Source: Bacilli bacterium (GTDB lineage Bacteria; Bacillota_I; Bacilli_A; RFN20; CAG-449). Taken from it: 64,000 bases of DNA. This document shows positions 8,551 to 19,916 of the stretch, piece by piece. The DNA lies in assembly GCA_900755065.1 (NCBI GenBank), contig CAAEFC010000040.1, positions 23,812 through 87,811 on the forward strand, written 5' to 3'. Below the pieces are notes generated by a model. That model made no database searches, was not told the DNA's origin, and was given only the letters and a program-made list of their open reading frames with translations. Position numbers and translations under genes: made by a program. Position 1 is the first letter of the stretch. Each line of letters starts with the position of its first letter.

Positions 8551-10062
8551 ATGAGAAAACTGTTGAAATTCATCGGAGTCTTGATCGCGTTCGTTCTCGT
8601 CGTGGTGCTGGCTTTGGGGATCACATTGGTCTGTTGCCTGTACGATACAAGCGATAAAACGCCGGAAGAAATCCGCGCGAACGCGTATCCGGTCGAATAT
8701 CTCGCCGAAAGGGAACTCTTCCGCTCGGTCAAAGACATCGCTTCGACAAGTTCGGTCGATTTCTCGCTGGATTCGACGGCATTGAACGAAATCGTCTATG
8801 CGGTCGTCTCGGGACTGAATGTGGATCCGGTGAAGATCGAAGGCGCCTATTGTCAGATCGACGAAGAAGGTGCCGTTACGGCGGAAATACCGGTTTCCGT
8901 GTTCGGGTTCAAGTCCTGTCTGAAAGCCAAAGTCGATTTTAACGAAAACGAAGAAACCCTCTCCCTTCGGATCGTCGATGCGAAAGTCGGTAAAGTATCC
9001 TTGACCTATTCGCTGTTCAAAGACATTCTGAAAGCCAATCTTTCGGCCGGGCAGATCGAAGAACAACTGAAACAGATCGGATTCGAGACGACGGTCGATC
9101 TGGAAAATCTGACTTTCACGATCGGTAAATCGAGTCTGGTCGGATTCCTGACGGATCAGGTCGAAACGGGAAGCGAATCGGTTTATACGGTCTTGCTCGA
9201 CGATATCTTCAATGATCGGAACATTTCGTACCGATGCGGAGACGATTCGCGAATCGGGTTCAGCGTCGACGTTTCCGATTTTGCCTACGATGTCGTCCGT
9301 GACGGAGAAATCCTTTATCCGATCGATTATGAATTTGCCAGAGAAAGCGCGCGGAATCACGAGGCGTTCAGCGAAGAAAATGCGCCGGCGCTATTGAATT
9401 ATTATGTTTTGGGATATGACCGTTTGCCGGAGGAATACGTTTCTATCATCGATCGTCTGGAACTGGACAAGAATTATCCGGGCGTGAAGAACCGCGACGA
9501 ACTGGACGCCGGCGAATTGATTCTGGAACAGACGGCGGCGATGGATTTGAATCAGGTCATTCTGAACCGGGAAATGGATGTTTACATCACCGAGGATCAT
9601 TTCGATCAGTTTTTCTCGACCAGTGAGATCATCGGACAAAGTTATGTTCTCTCGTTTGAAGATCAGATTGTCTTCATTTCCTGCGAGAGCCTGATGATGG
9701 ATATCGAGCGCAACCAAATGAAACTGTCCGTCGTCCTGTCGGTCAACGGAAAAAGGTTGATTGCCGGCCTGACTTTTGACAGTGAAGACAATCCGGATTC
9801 CTACATCGAAGGAACGTTGGTCGATGTCTCTTTCGGAAAAGACATTTTCAATCCGGATCTGTACGACGATCTGCTGAGTTCGGTCAACGACCTGATCGAT
9901 CTGAACTGGCTGACGATTCACCCGTCTGAAAGGACGGTGCTCGTGGATCTGACGGCGGTTTTCGCGGAAAACGAATTGATCGCTCAGTTGATCGCGATGA
10001 ACTTCAACTGCCATTCTTCTTTCACCGAAGACGGAAGATTGCTGATGACGTACTCGATGTAA
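8551..10062 (+). CDS. Hypothetical membrane-anchored protein
   Basis: 503 aa with an N-terminal transmembrane (TM) helix (LKFIGVLIAFVLVVVLALGITLVCCL) and an acidic extracytoplasmic body. No recognisable domain. Confidence 0.6.
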   Translation: MRKLLKFIGVLIAFVLVVVLALGITLVCCLYDTSDKTPEEIRANAYPVEYLAERELFRSVKDIASTSSVDFSLDSTALNEIVYAVVSGLNVDPVKIEGAYCQIDEEGAVTAEIPVSVFGFKSCLKAKVDFNENEETLSLRIVDAKVGKVSLTYSLFKDILKANLSAGQIEEQLKQIGFETTVDLENLTFTIGKSSLVGFLTDQVETGSESVYTVLLDDIFNDRNISYRCGDDSRIGFSVDVSDFAYDVVRDGEILYPIDYEFARESARNHEAFSEENAPALLNYYVLGYDRLPEEYVSIIDRLELDKNYPGVKNRDELDAGELILEQTAAMDLNQVILNREMDVYITEDHFDQFFSTSEIIGQSYVLSFEDQIVFISCESLMMDIERNQMKLSVVLSVNGKRLIAGLTFDSEDNPDSYIEGTLVDVSFGKDIFNPDLYDDLLSSVNDLIDLNWLTIHPSERTVLVDLTAVFAENELIAQLIAMNFNCHSSFTEDGRLLMTYSM

Positions 10063-10082
10063 GGAATTCGTGAAAAAGGAAA

Positions 10083-10113
10083 AAGACGGGTTTTAGATAT
10101 CCGTCTTTTCTTT
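10083..10113 (+). terminator. Rho-independent terminator
   Basis: AAGACGG / CCGTCTT stem followed by a T-rich tail, downstream of ORF 8551..10062. Confidence 0.6.
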
Positions 10114-10278
10114 GACGAACTCGGCGCAGGAATGGATTCCGAAAGGGATTCAATGAAAAAATGCGCGCGCCTGACTTCTTTTTCGCAAAAAACGCTTGCT
10201 CTTGATTCCTATCTTTGCTATGATTAACACGCTTACTTTAAACCCACAGGAGGTTTAAGGCGGAAGGAGATTAAGCTA

Positions 10279-12119
<1,841 letters not shown>

Positions 12120-12171
12120 AAAATCCGAAAGGAAACGAAACAGGATTCCGGACGGAGAAAAGAAAAAAGAC

Positions 12172-12206
12172 ACAGCAGAGAGACTGTGCCTTTTTTAGAT
12201 TGACCG
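12172..12206. terminator. Bidirectional terminator between convergent metG and the ABC permease gene
   Basis: A-run, CACAG...CTGTG(CC) stem, then a T6 run. It can work on both strands. Confidence 0.55.
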
Positions 12207-12252
12207 TTAAACCGAATTTTTGGTTCGCGTCCGATTCGGAAAAGAGAAAGAT

Positions 12253-13062
12253 TTATTCGATTTCGATTTTTTTATCGAGAATGTAAATCGTCAGGAAATA
12301 GAAACCGAACATTTCGACGATCAACAGGATAAAGGACCATACGGAAAAGAGCGAAGCCGACAAATTTTCCACAGCCTCCGGTTGAACGTTTCTCAGATTG
12401 ATGGCCAGCAGTTTAGCGTCTGTATCGATAGCAATCAGAATTTGAATCGGATCGAAGATCTCTTCAAGAACGGACAGAATGATGCCGATACCGATATAGA
12501 TGACGATCGCGAATAAAAATCGTTTGTTTCGGGTAATTCCCGTATTGGCCGCGGCGAAGACGAACTGAATCAGAACGAGTCCGGCGAGAACTTCCACCAG
12601 ATCATAAAGAGAAGAGAGGAAAAACGCGAGAGGGTTGTGAAACAGCATCTCAAATTCCGACGAAACGCTGTTTAAAAGAGACGAGGCTGTATCCGGACTG
12701 ATAAACGCGGTAACTAAGAGCAAGGCGATGAAAATACTGACGGCGAATCCGATGATATAGATGAACAAAGTGAGAATTTTACTGAGAATCAGTTCGTGCG
12801 ATGAAATGGGAATCGAGTGCGTCAGATAACCTTGTTTTCCGTAAACCGAAGTATTGCTGATCCGGAGAACATAGACGAGGTACAGAACGGCGATTGCCAG
12901 AATCGACCCGGAAAAGAGAATCGTCATCAGGCTTAAAAAAACCTGATTTTGCATTGAAACCGATAATCCGAGAAGAAATCCGAGAACGATAATGATTCCG
13001 TACAAGGAACAAAATTCCTTCCAGGTGTCTAAGAAATTGTGCTTTAAAAGTCTGCCAAACAT
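12253..13062 (-). CDS. ABC-2-type transporter permease
   Basis: 269 aa with multiple hydrophobic helices. Overlaps the upstream ATPase gene by 19 nt. Confidence 0.7.
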   Translation of the reverse strand: MFGRLLKHNFLDTWKEFCSLYGIIIVLGFLLGLSVSMQNQVFLSLMTILFSGSILAIAVLYLVYVLRISNTSVYGKQGYLTHSIPISSHELILSKILTLFIYIIGFAVSIFIALLLVTAFISPDTASSLLNSVSSEFEMLFHNPLAFFLSSLYDLVEVLAGLVLIQFVFAAANTGITRNKRFLFAIVIYIGIGIILSVLEEIFDPIQILIAIDTDAKLLAINLRNVQPEAVENLSASLFSVWSFILLIVEMFGFYFLTIYILDKKIEIE

Positions 13063-13760
13063 TTGAAATCCTCCCTGAATAATTCATCGATCGTCTTTCC
13101 GGTTTCTGAAACCGTATCGCGGACGTTTCCGAATCGGACGATGTTTCCTTTCTTGATAAAAAGAAAGTCGTCGAGTATTCTTTCGGCATCTGCGATGAGA
13201 TGCGTGGAAATCAGAATGGTCGCAGACGGATTGTAGTTTTGAAGAATCAAATCGAAAATCACGTCGCGCGCGGCAGGATCGACGCCGGCGATCGGTTCGT
13301 CGAAGATGTAGAGCAAGGCATTTCGAGATAAGGTCAAAATCAGTTGCAGTTTTTCCCGGTTTCCTTTGGATAAAGCCTTGAATCGTCTGTCTAACGGAAT
13401 ATCCAGTTTATCGATTAAGCGTAGCGCCTTGCTTCTGTCGAAATCCTTGAAGAAATCTCCGTAATAAGAAACGGCGTATTTAACCGTCCAGGTCGGCGCG
13501 ATGAAGTCGGTATCGGGAAGATAAGAGATGATTTCTTTGGTTTTCGGACCGATTTTATTTCCGTTTACCGTAATTTCGCCTTGATAGTTATGAATCAAAC
13601 CGGTGAGGATTTTGATTAACGTCGTCTTTCCCGCGCCGTTCGGACCTAAAAGACCGATGACCCTTCCGGGAGAGATTTGCAGATTGATGCCGTTCAAGGC
13701 GATATTGCCTTTGCCGTAAGTTTTCGTCAGATTGTGGATATTGATTAAAGTTCCGTCCAT
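13044..13760 (-). CDS. ABC transporter ATP-binding protein
   Basis: Walker A GPNGAGKTT, signature LSKGNREKL, Walker B LYIFDEP. Confidence 0.9.
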   Translation of the reverse strand: MDGTLINIHNLTKTYGKGNIALNGINLQISPGRVIGLLGPNGAGKTTLIKILTGLIHNYQGEITVNGNKIGPKTKEIISYLPDTDFIAPTWTVKYAVSYYGDFFKDFDRSKALRLIDKLDIPLDRRFKALSKGNREKLQLILTLSRNALLYIFDEPIAGVDPAARDVIFDLILQNYNPSATILISTHLIADAERILDDFLFIKKGNIVRFGNVRDTVSETGKTIDELFREDFKCLADF

Positions 13761-13878
13761 ATACGACTCCTTTTGTACCCTCTATTCTATCGGAAATCCG
13801 AAGAAATATGAAATAAAATAATGAAAAAATCAGGATTTATTCTATAATGGATAGAAAGGAAAGAGGCAGAACGAAGGT

Positions 13879-15318
13879 ATGTCGAAGAAACTGAATAAAG
13901 AAATCGTATTCAACGCGGTGTGCGAAAACCTTTCTTACGATGGGAAAGGCTGTATCAAATACGACCACCATGTCGGTTTTTTTTCGAATCTTCTGCAAGG
14001 AGAGGAAGGCGAATTCGTCATGACGCATTATAATTCCAATCGGTTTTACGGGTATATGCGCAAAATGACGAAGATTTCTCCGGAAAGGGTCGAACCGGTT
14101 TGCCCGTATTTCTCTTCTTGCGGCGGTTGTTCTTTGCAACATATGAATAATGCGGCACAGTTGAAATTCAAGAAAACACAGGTAGAGGAATGCCTCAGAC
14201 GCATCGGAGGTTTCAAGGATGTCGTCGTGGACGATACAGTCGGCATGGAAAATCCTTTTCACTATCGGAATAAGGTTCAGGTTCCGGTAAGAAAGGGGAA
14301 AAACGGAAAAATTCTGACAGGTTTTTTCAAGGAAAACTCGCACGATATCGTTGAAATCGACAGTTGTTGCATCGAAAACGAAGATGCCGAAAAGATCGTC
14401 AAGACAATTAAAACCTTAATGGAAGAAATGAAAATTGAACCGTACGATGAAGAAACGGATCGAGGAATCATAAGGCACATTCTGGTTCGGACGAGTTTTC
14501 ATTTTCCGGAAGCGATGGTCGTTTTGGTTTGCCGGGAGAATTCGATTCCGAACGAGAAAGAATTTATACGGAATCTGGTGGAAAGAGAGCCTGAAATCGT
14601 TACAGTGATAAAGAACATCAACCCGCGTCGGACAAATGTCATACTCGGAGAAAAGGAGAGGGTTTTATACGGGAAAGGCTATATTCAGGATGAATTATGC
14701 GGCGTTCGTTTCCATATATCCGCGAAGTCTTTTTATCAGGTCAACCCGATTCAGACGGAAAGATTATATCGAACGGCTATCGAATATTCGGAACTTACAG
14801 GATCTGAAAAAGTACTGGATGCGTACTGCGGGATCGGTACGATCGGAATGATTGCTTCGCCCTATGCCGAATCGGTCGTCGGAGTGGAAATCGTCTCGGA
14901 AGCGGTTGAAGACGCTGAGAAAAACGCGGCAAGAAACCGAATCGGCAATATTTCGTTTGCATGTCAGGATGCCGGCGAATTCCTTTTGGAGCGGGCCCGA
15001 ATGGGCGAGAGGTTCGATGTCGTCATCATGGATCCGCCGAGAAAAGGATCGGATGAGGCTTTTCTGTCTTCGTTAATTCAGACAAAGCCGAGAAAAATCG
15101 TCTATATCTCGTGCAATCCTTCTACATTGGCGAGAGATTTAAAATACCTTTCTTCCGGGTACGAAATCAAAAAGGTTACGCCCTTCGATATGTTTGCGCA
15201 GACCTATCACGTGGAGACGGTAGTTCTTTTGTCTAAGAAAGTTCCGAACGATTATTTGGAAGTAAGTGTCGAATTGGACGATGATTTTCTAACGAAAGCG
15301 GAAGCCAAAGGTATCTAA
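13879..15318 (+). CDS. rlmCD: 23S rRNA (uracil-C5)-methyltransferase, RumA/RlmCD family (ends at an in-frame TAA; see next feature)
   Basis: Fe-S cysteine cluster CPYFSSCGGCSLQH, SAM motif DAYCGIGTIG, catalytic YISCNPSTLARD, then HVETVVLLSK. Confidence 0.9.
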   Translation: MSKKLNKEIVFNAVCENLSYDGKGCIKYDHHVGFFSNLLQGEEGEFVMTHYNSNRFYGYMRKMTKISPERVEPVCPYFSSCGGCSLQHMNNAAQLKFKKTQVEECLRRIGGFKDVVVDDTVGMENPFHYRNKVQVPVRKGKNGKILTGFFKENSHDIVEIDSCCIENEDAEKIVKTIKTLMEEMKIEPYDEETDRGIIRHILVRTSFHFPEAMVVLVCRENSIPNEKEFIRNLVEREPEIVTVIKNINPRRTNVILGEKERVLYGKGYIQDELCGVRFHISAKSFYQVNPIQTERLYRTAIEYSELTGSEKVLDAYCGIGTIGMIASPYAESVVGVEIVSEAVEDAEKNAARNRIGNISFACQDAGEFLLERARMGERFDVVIMDPPRKGSDEAFLSSLIQTKPRKIVYISCNPSTLARDLKYLSSGYEIKKVTPFDMFAQTYHVETVVLLSKKVPNDYLEVSVELDDDFLTKAEAKGI

Positions 15319-15519
15319 GACCAGATAAAACAATATATTTATGAAAAATATAAAATTAAGGTTTCAAGTTTGTATATTGCACAAGTAAAGGATTCTTGTG
15401 GAATAAAAGAGCGGGAAAACTATAACCACTCAAAGAGAAGCGATGGTAAGCAACCGCAAGTTCCAGATAATAAAAGGAAACTGATTTTAGAAGCATTAGA
15501 GTTTTATAAAATGATATAA
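15319..15519 (+). other. In-frame continuation of rlmCD beyond the TAA at 15316-15318 (C-terminal tail module cut off by a nonsense codon)
   Basis: The same frame stays open for 66 codons: DQIKQYIYEKYKIKVSSLYIAQVKDSCGIKERENYNHSKRSDGKQPQVPDNKRKLILEALEFYKMI*. From memory this matches the tail on long RumA-type proteins of gut Firmicutes (...ATYEQIK.YV....GLKVSSLYISQVKRKCG...NYN.SK...QP.CP.EKE..I.EAL..F.MI). The TAA sits where that tail has Tyr. Confidence 0.6.
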
Positions 15520-15545
15520 TCCTGACTTTTTATAGTTAAGGAAAG

Positions 15546-15594
15546 AAAAAAGTAGAAAAAGATCCGGATAATTCAAGCATTTTTCTACTTTTTC
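15546..15594 (+). terminator. Strong hairpin terminator after the rlmCD tail
   Basis: AAAAAGTAGAAAAA ... TTTTTCTACTTTTT, a roughly 13-bp perfect stem with a T-rich 3' side. Confidence 0.65.
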
Positions 15595-15662
15595 GTTTAA
15601 AAGAAAATGTAGTCTTTTTTTCAGAATTTTTAGAAAATATTTTTAGATAATTTAATCACTTT

Positions 15663-16055
15663 TTTACATACGCATTTGATAAAGCCCGCGAGGATAAGAA
15701 TAGATCAAGGACATTGAACGCTTATAAGGACATGGGGAAGGAACCTGAGTTCTACGACAGCGAGAACTTCTTCATCGTTTATTTACCTAACCTCAACTAC
15801 AATGACGAAATAAATGACCAAATAAATGACCAAATAACTGAGTTGGGTTTATCCATCATAAGGATGGTGAAGAGCAACCCCGGGATAAAGGCCGATAAAA
15901 TCTATGAAATCCTATCCGCTAACGATAAAGGAATTACGTTGAATATGGTAAGAAACTCAATACGAAGAGAATTAGGCAAGTATATCGAATTGAGAGGCTC
16001 CAGGAAAACGGGAGGCTATTATTTGAAAGACAGAGATTGCCAAACAGGCGAGTAA
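15663..16055 (+). pseudogene. C-terminal fragment of an AlbA_2/HATPase_c_4-type HTH regulator (RecG-like annotation family)
   Basis: ...SRTLNAYKDMGKEPEFYDSENFFIVYLP... followed by a winged-helix-like tail (KIYEILSANDKGITLNMVRNSIRRELGKYIELRGSRKTGGYYL). The frame is open upstream without the ATPase part and there is no ATG/RBS. Assignment is from memory of the family. Confidence 0.4.
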
Positions 16056-16662
16056 CATAAGATCTTCTATTGCTTGCGAACAATCATAATAGGAATCGAG
16101 AATTGTCGTGATAAAATCTTGACCATAGAAAAAAACATTCATTTTATTTTTCAATCTCAATCGGAGATTTTCTCATCTTAACGTTGCCGAATCAAAACTA
16201 TCCGACCTTGATACAATCTTGGCAGATGCCCTTGACGGGATTGACGCCGATATTCTATTTATTGTCAGCAAAACCTCAGACATTATGGCATCAGGAAATT
16301 ATGCAAAATCTACTGCGTGACCGATTTGGAGGTCTATGTCAATCTCAAAAAGCATGTCAAGTTCATAAGGCATTCCGATCCGGGAGTAAGCATTCTATGA
16401 AAGGCGAAGAAGCGCGAATATATGGGTTATCGGCGTTGGATTGCCAGGCTCAACTCTAGCGCAGATTTTAGAAAAGAACGAAGATTTACGATGTAGAACC
16501 GTGGACTGCCTCAATAAGATTCCTGTGTTTACGATCAACTGGCGATCATTAGAAGCTGAATGTGATCGAAAAAAATCAAAAGCAAAGTTTTCCATTAAAA
16601 TTAAGGGAAACCATTGTTTGGCATACCTGCTATAATGAATTTGAAAGAATGAGGGTATAGCC

Positions 16663-17496
16663 ATGCAAGAAAAATTCTCGATTTGGTCGTCGTACTGGAT
16701 TGATCTTTCTCCGGAAGAAGCCGTGTTGGAAATGGAAAAATGCGGGATCGAATATTCTGAATTATCGGACGAACACGGACTGACATTATTACAAAGAGAT
16801 GAAAACGAAAGAAAAACGGGGGAACTTTTTAAACAATTTTCAGAACAACATCATGTATCCTTCCCGCAGGGCCACTTGTGGTTAGGAATTCATCTTTGCG
16901 ACGAAAAAAAAGAGACGATACCGATTTTGAAACGGTGGATCAATTTATTTGAAGCCATCGGCATTCAAAAAATGGTACTGCATTTGGATATTCTTTCGGA
17001 TCGGAAAGATCTTTCCGTACAGGAAAAAATGGATTTGAACGTGAACGCTTTGAGGCAATTAAAAGAGTTTTTAAGCGATAAAGAAATTACCATCTGCTTA
17101 GAAAATCTTTATGACCTTTTCAGCGATATCGATCCTCTGCTTGCGATCATTCGTCAACTAAATGACAGGCATTATGGAATTTGCCTGGATACAGGGCATC
17201 TGAATTGTTTCGGGAACAAAGACCAGGAAGCCTTTATTCTTCGTGCAGGTTCTTTACTTCAAGCCTTGCATATTGCAGATAACGAAGGCACTCATGATCA
17301 GCATCTGATGCCGTTTGGGAAAGGAACGGTAAATTTTCAGAAAGTATTTGCTGCCTTGAAAAAACAAGGCTATGACGGCTTGTATAACTATGAGATTCCG
17401 GGAGAACGCTCTATTCCGTTGGAACTTCGCGCGATCAAACTCGAATACATCAAAAAAGCGTTTCAATGGATGTGTGAAAATTATAAAAATTTCTAA
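16663..17496 (+). CDS. Sugar phosphate isomerase/epimerase (xylose isomerase-like TIM barrel)
   Basis: 277 aa with motifs MVLHLD, CLENL, GICLDTGHLN and HIADNEGTHDQHLMPFGKGTVNF, typical of the AP_endonuc_2/TIM-barrel family. TATAAT at about 16630 and a GAGGG RBS. Confidence 0.7.
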   Translation: MQEKFSIWSSYWIDLSPEEAVLEMEKCGIEYSELSDEHGLTLLQRDENERKTGELFKQFSEQHHVSFPQGHLWLGIHLCDEKKETIPILKRWINLFEAIGIQKMVLHLDILSDRKDLSVQEKMDLNVNALRQLKEFLSDKEITICLENLYDLFSDIDPLLAIIRQLNDRHYGICLDTGHLNCFGNKDQEAFILRAGSLLQALHIADNEGTHDQHLMPFGKGTVNFQKVFAALKKQGYDGLYNYEIPGERSIPLELRAIKLEYIKKAFQWMCENYKNF

Positions 17497-18215
17497 TGTC
17501 TTTCCGGAGAGTCAAAAGTCTCGCAGAATCTCCCGTGAAAACTCGGTTCAATGTTCTGAATATGTAAGTGCGTGATATCGCTGTATCTTAAAAGGCGGAA
17601 CTGTACGATGCCCTTTTCTCTTTCCTCGCTGACAATGGTAGTAATACCGGTCGGCTGACATTCGAATTGCTGACAGAGAACCACATAAGGAATGTTCAGA
17701 AGATGTGAAAGCAGAACGGACATCATCCCGAAATGGCAGAAGAAAATCAGTGTTTTTTCGTTCGAATTCACCGCATCATAACGCCTTCCGTTCCGGATAT
17801 ATCCGTTTTTTTCGAGAACCCGATCAAAAGAAGAAACGACATTTTCGTAAGCAGATCGAATATCCGCGGACTTCATCCAAGGATGATTGAAATAGGCGTC
17901 ATTGAATAAGTCCCGTTCTTCATAAAAATAGCGCGGATAAAAATCCCAGTTCAGTACTTCTTCCGAGCAATAGGATACCTTGACGGGATGGACGAATTCC
18001 TGCAACCAATCCGCTATTTTCAAATCCGTTTTCGGATGATATTTCAAGAATGCTTCCGCAGTTAATTTCGCGCGCGGCAACGGAGAAGAGTAAATTTCGT
18101 CAAAAGGTAGATTTCGGTGATACAATCCGAGAGCGTCGGCTTCCAGAAATCCTTTTTCGGTCAGCGTGTTTTTTTCGTAATCCGGTTCGGCGTGGCGTAT
18201 AATTAAAATTTTCAT
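17493..18215 (-). CDS. Histidine phosphatase family protein (phosphoglycerate mutase-like)
   Basis: MKILIIRHAEPDY catalytic RH motif and a downstream CHFG histidine. 240 aa. Confidence 0.8.
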   Translation of the reverse strand: MKILIIRHAEPDYEKNTLTEKGFLEADALGLYHRNLPFDEIYSSPLPRAKLTAEAFLKYHPKTDLKIADWLQEFVHPVKVSYCSEEVLNWDFYPRYFYEERDLFNDAYFNHPWMKSADIRSAYENVVSSFDRVLEKNGYIRNGRRYDAVNSNEKTLIFFCHFGMMSVLLSHLLNIPYVVLCQQFECQPTGITTIVSEEREKGIVQFRLLRYSDITHLHIQNIEPSFHGRFCETFDSPERH

Positions 18216-18399
18216 ATCCTTACTCCTGTCTCTTAATTATAAATCGAATGAAATAAAAAAGTCTCAGAGAAATGATATTATTTTTAATGAAAAAGGGCCG
18301 CCAAGCAGCCCGCCTATGGGTTCAAAAAATTTTTATTTGAACTCGTAATGTTGTACAAGGTATGTACAACTTTATTTTATTTCTGAATCGGTAATTTTG

Positions 18400-18428
18400 T
18401 TGCTTAATTCTGTTGTATCCCCTATAAT
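18400..18428 (+). promoter_or_regulatory. Sigma-A-type promoter of the BREX-like operon
   Basis: TTGCTT (18400-18405), 17-nt spacer, TATAAT (18423-18428). AAGGAG RBS 8 nt before the ATG at 18450. Confidence 0.6.
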
Positions 18429-18449
18429 GATTTTAGAAGGAGTCATACT

Positions 18450-19916
18450 ATGGGCATAATTGGGCATAATAAAGTATTATGCGGTTTTGATATCGTACGA
18501 GCAAGAAAACGCAATAAAGCTCAAGAATCAATCGACTGCCCTAACGAGCTTAAGGCATTGCTACTCAAAGAATTTTCGTATGGGATACGTATCGATTCCG
18601 CAATCGATATTATAAAACTCAAAAATTCTGCCGAGAGGTTCAAGGTAACTTTGCCTGAAAATGAGGAATTGTTAAAAGCGCAAATTTTGGCTGGTGGCAT
18701 ATCGTTCGAAGGCAAAATATACTTTTATTCTGACAAAGTTTATTACGGGCTAATACAAAAAATAAAAGATGTTTTTGCGGAAGGTTTTTCCGTAGTTTAT
18801 TACGAGGAATTATTCAGTAAGAACTTTGATTGGTTTGACGAAAATCATATATCGTCATGGGAATTGCTTCGGGAATTTCTTGATGGAAAAGGCGGCGATT
18901 TGTTCATCAGTAAAAATTTTTTGCGTAAAGGGACAGAGCGAATCAATGAAGCCGACGCTGTGGAAAAGGAATTAGAGAGCGTTTGGGGCGATAAACCGAT
19001 TCATACATACGACGAAATGTACGAACTCTTGCCGTATATCCCGAGCGAAAAGATAAAGCTTTATCTTTCGTATTGTCAAAAATTCGTATGGTCAACATAC
19101 GAAACATTTGCGTGGATCGATAAGGTGATTATTTCTGAAGAGGAGAAGAAAGCTATTATCGATTATGCTGAAAGCGAGTGTAAACTGAATGGACATGCGT
19201 CTATTGCAAATGTACCGCTCGGTAATATCGAGGAAGAGAACTATCAAATTTCTATTACGGCTATCTATGATGCCGTGTACCGCATTGTACTAAGTGACAG
19301 ATTTTCTATAAACGGCAAGATTCTTACAAAAAACGATGCGGCAATAGATGCGCTTACACTTGCAAAATCTTATTGCGCCGATAAAGAGGAATGTACATTT
19401 AAGAGCCTTAACGATTATGTTATTTCCATAAATGGAGCGGAAAACAGACAAATAACTTTCCGCGCCGCATACGAGCAAATGATAAGAATCGACAAGCAGA
19501 ATTTTGTGGCTGATTACAAAGTGTATTTTGAAGTCGATACTATTGATGAGCTTTTTAAGCAAATGATAAAAGGCGATTTTGCATCTATAAAGAGCATTGC
19601 CACATTTATTATGTTCCCCGATTGTGGATATGCATGGACATATTATTTGTTGGAGAGTTTTTGTTATCGGTTTAGTAAGAAGTATCGTTTGGAAGTGATA
19701 GGTTTCAATGATAAGAATGCAGGCATTATTGCAAAAAAAGAAGTGAACTTATCATACGTTGATATGCTTGCCGTTACTGCGTTACGTTCGGGATTGGAAT
19801 TAAGGACAGATATTATCGGCGAATATTTATACAATAACGGTTATATTGCAAGAAAAAGGGAAACTATCCTCAATAATACCTTAGAAAGAGCAAAACAAAT
19901 GAAGGGGGGCAGATAA
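18450..19916 (+). CDS. Hypothetical protein, first gene of the BREX-like operon
   Basis: 488 aa with no motif I can recognise. Its stop is directly abutted by the brxP start (TAAATG). Confidence 0.7.
   Translation: MGIIGHNKVLCGFDIVRARKRNKAQESIDCPNELKALLLKEFSYGIRIDSAIDIIKLKNSAERFKVTLPENEELLKAQILAGGISFEGKIYFYSDKVYYGLIQKIKDVFAEGFSVVYYEELFSKNFDWFDENHISSWELLREFLDGKGGDLFISKNFLRKGTERINEADAVEKELESVWGDKPIHTYDEMYELLPYIPSEKIKLYLSYCQKFVWSTYETFAWIDKVIISEEEKKAIIDYAESECKLNGHASIANVPLGNIEEENYQISITAIYDAVYRIVLSDRFSINGKILTKNDAAIDALTLAKSYCADKEECTFKSLNDYVISINGAENRQITFRAAYEQMIRIDKQNFVADYKVYFEVDTIDELFKQMIKGDFASIKSIATFIMFPDCGYAWTYYLLESFCYRFSKKYRLEVIGFNDKNAGIIAKKEVNLSYVDMLAVTALRSGLELRTDIIGEYLYNNGYIARKRETILNNTLERAKQMKGGR

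Noticed and set aside
10230-10262. 7-bp inverted repeat TTAAACC-CACAGGA-GGTTTAA in the rpmE 5' region.
   Set aside because: It is short and could be a chance hairpin near the RBS. No known L31 leader motif could be matched.
17493-17496. Convergent genes whose stop codons overlap (CTAA at 17493-17496; also TTAA at 44764-44767 for the YfhO-like and ZIP genes).
   Set aside because: The overlap is real in the sequence but is a common compaction feature with no evident regulatory meaning.
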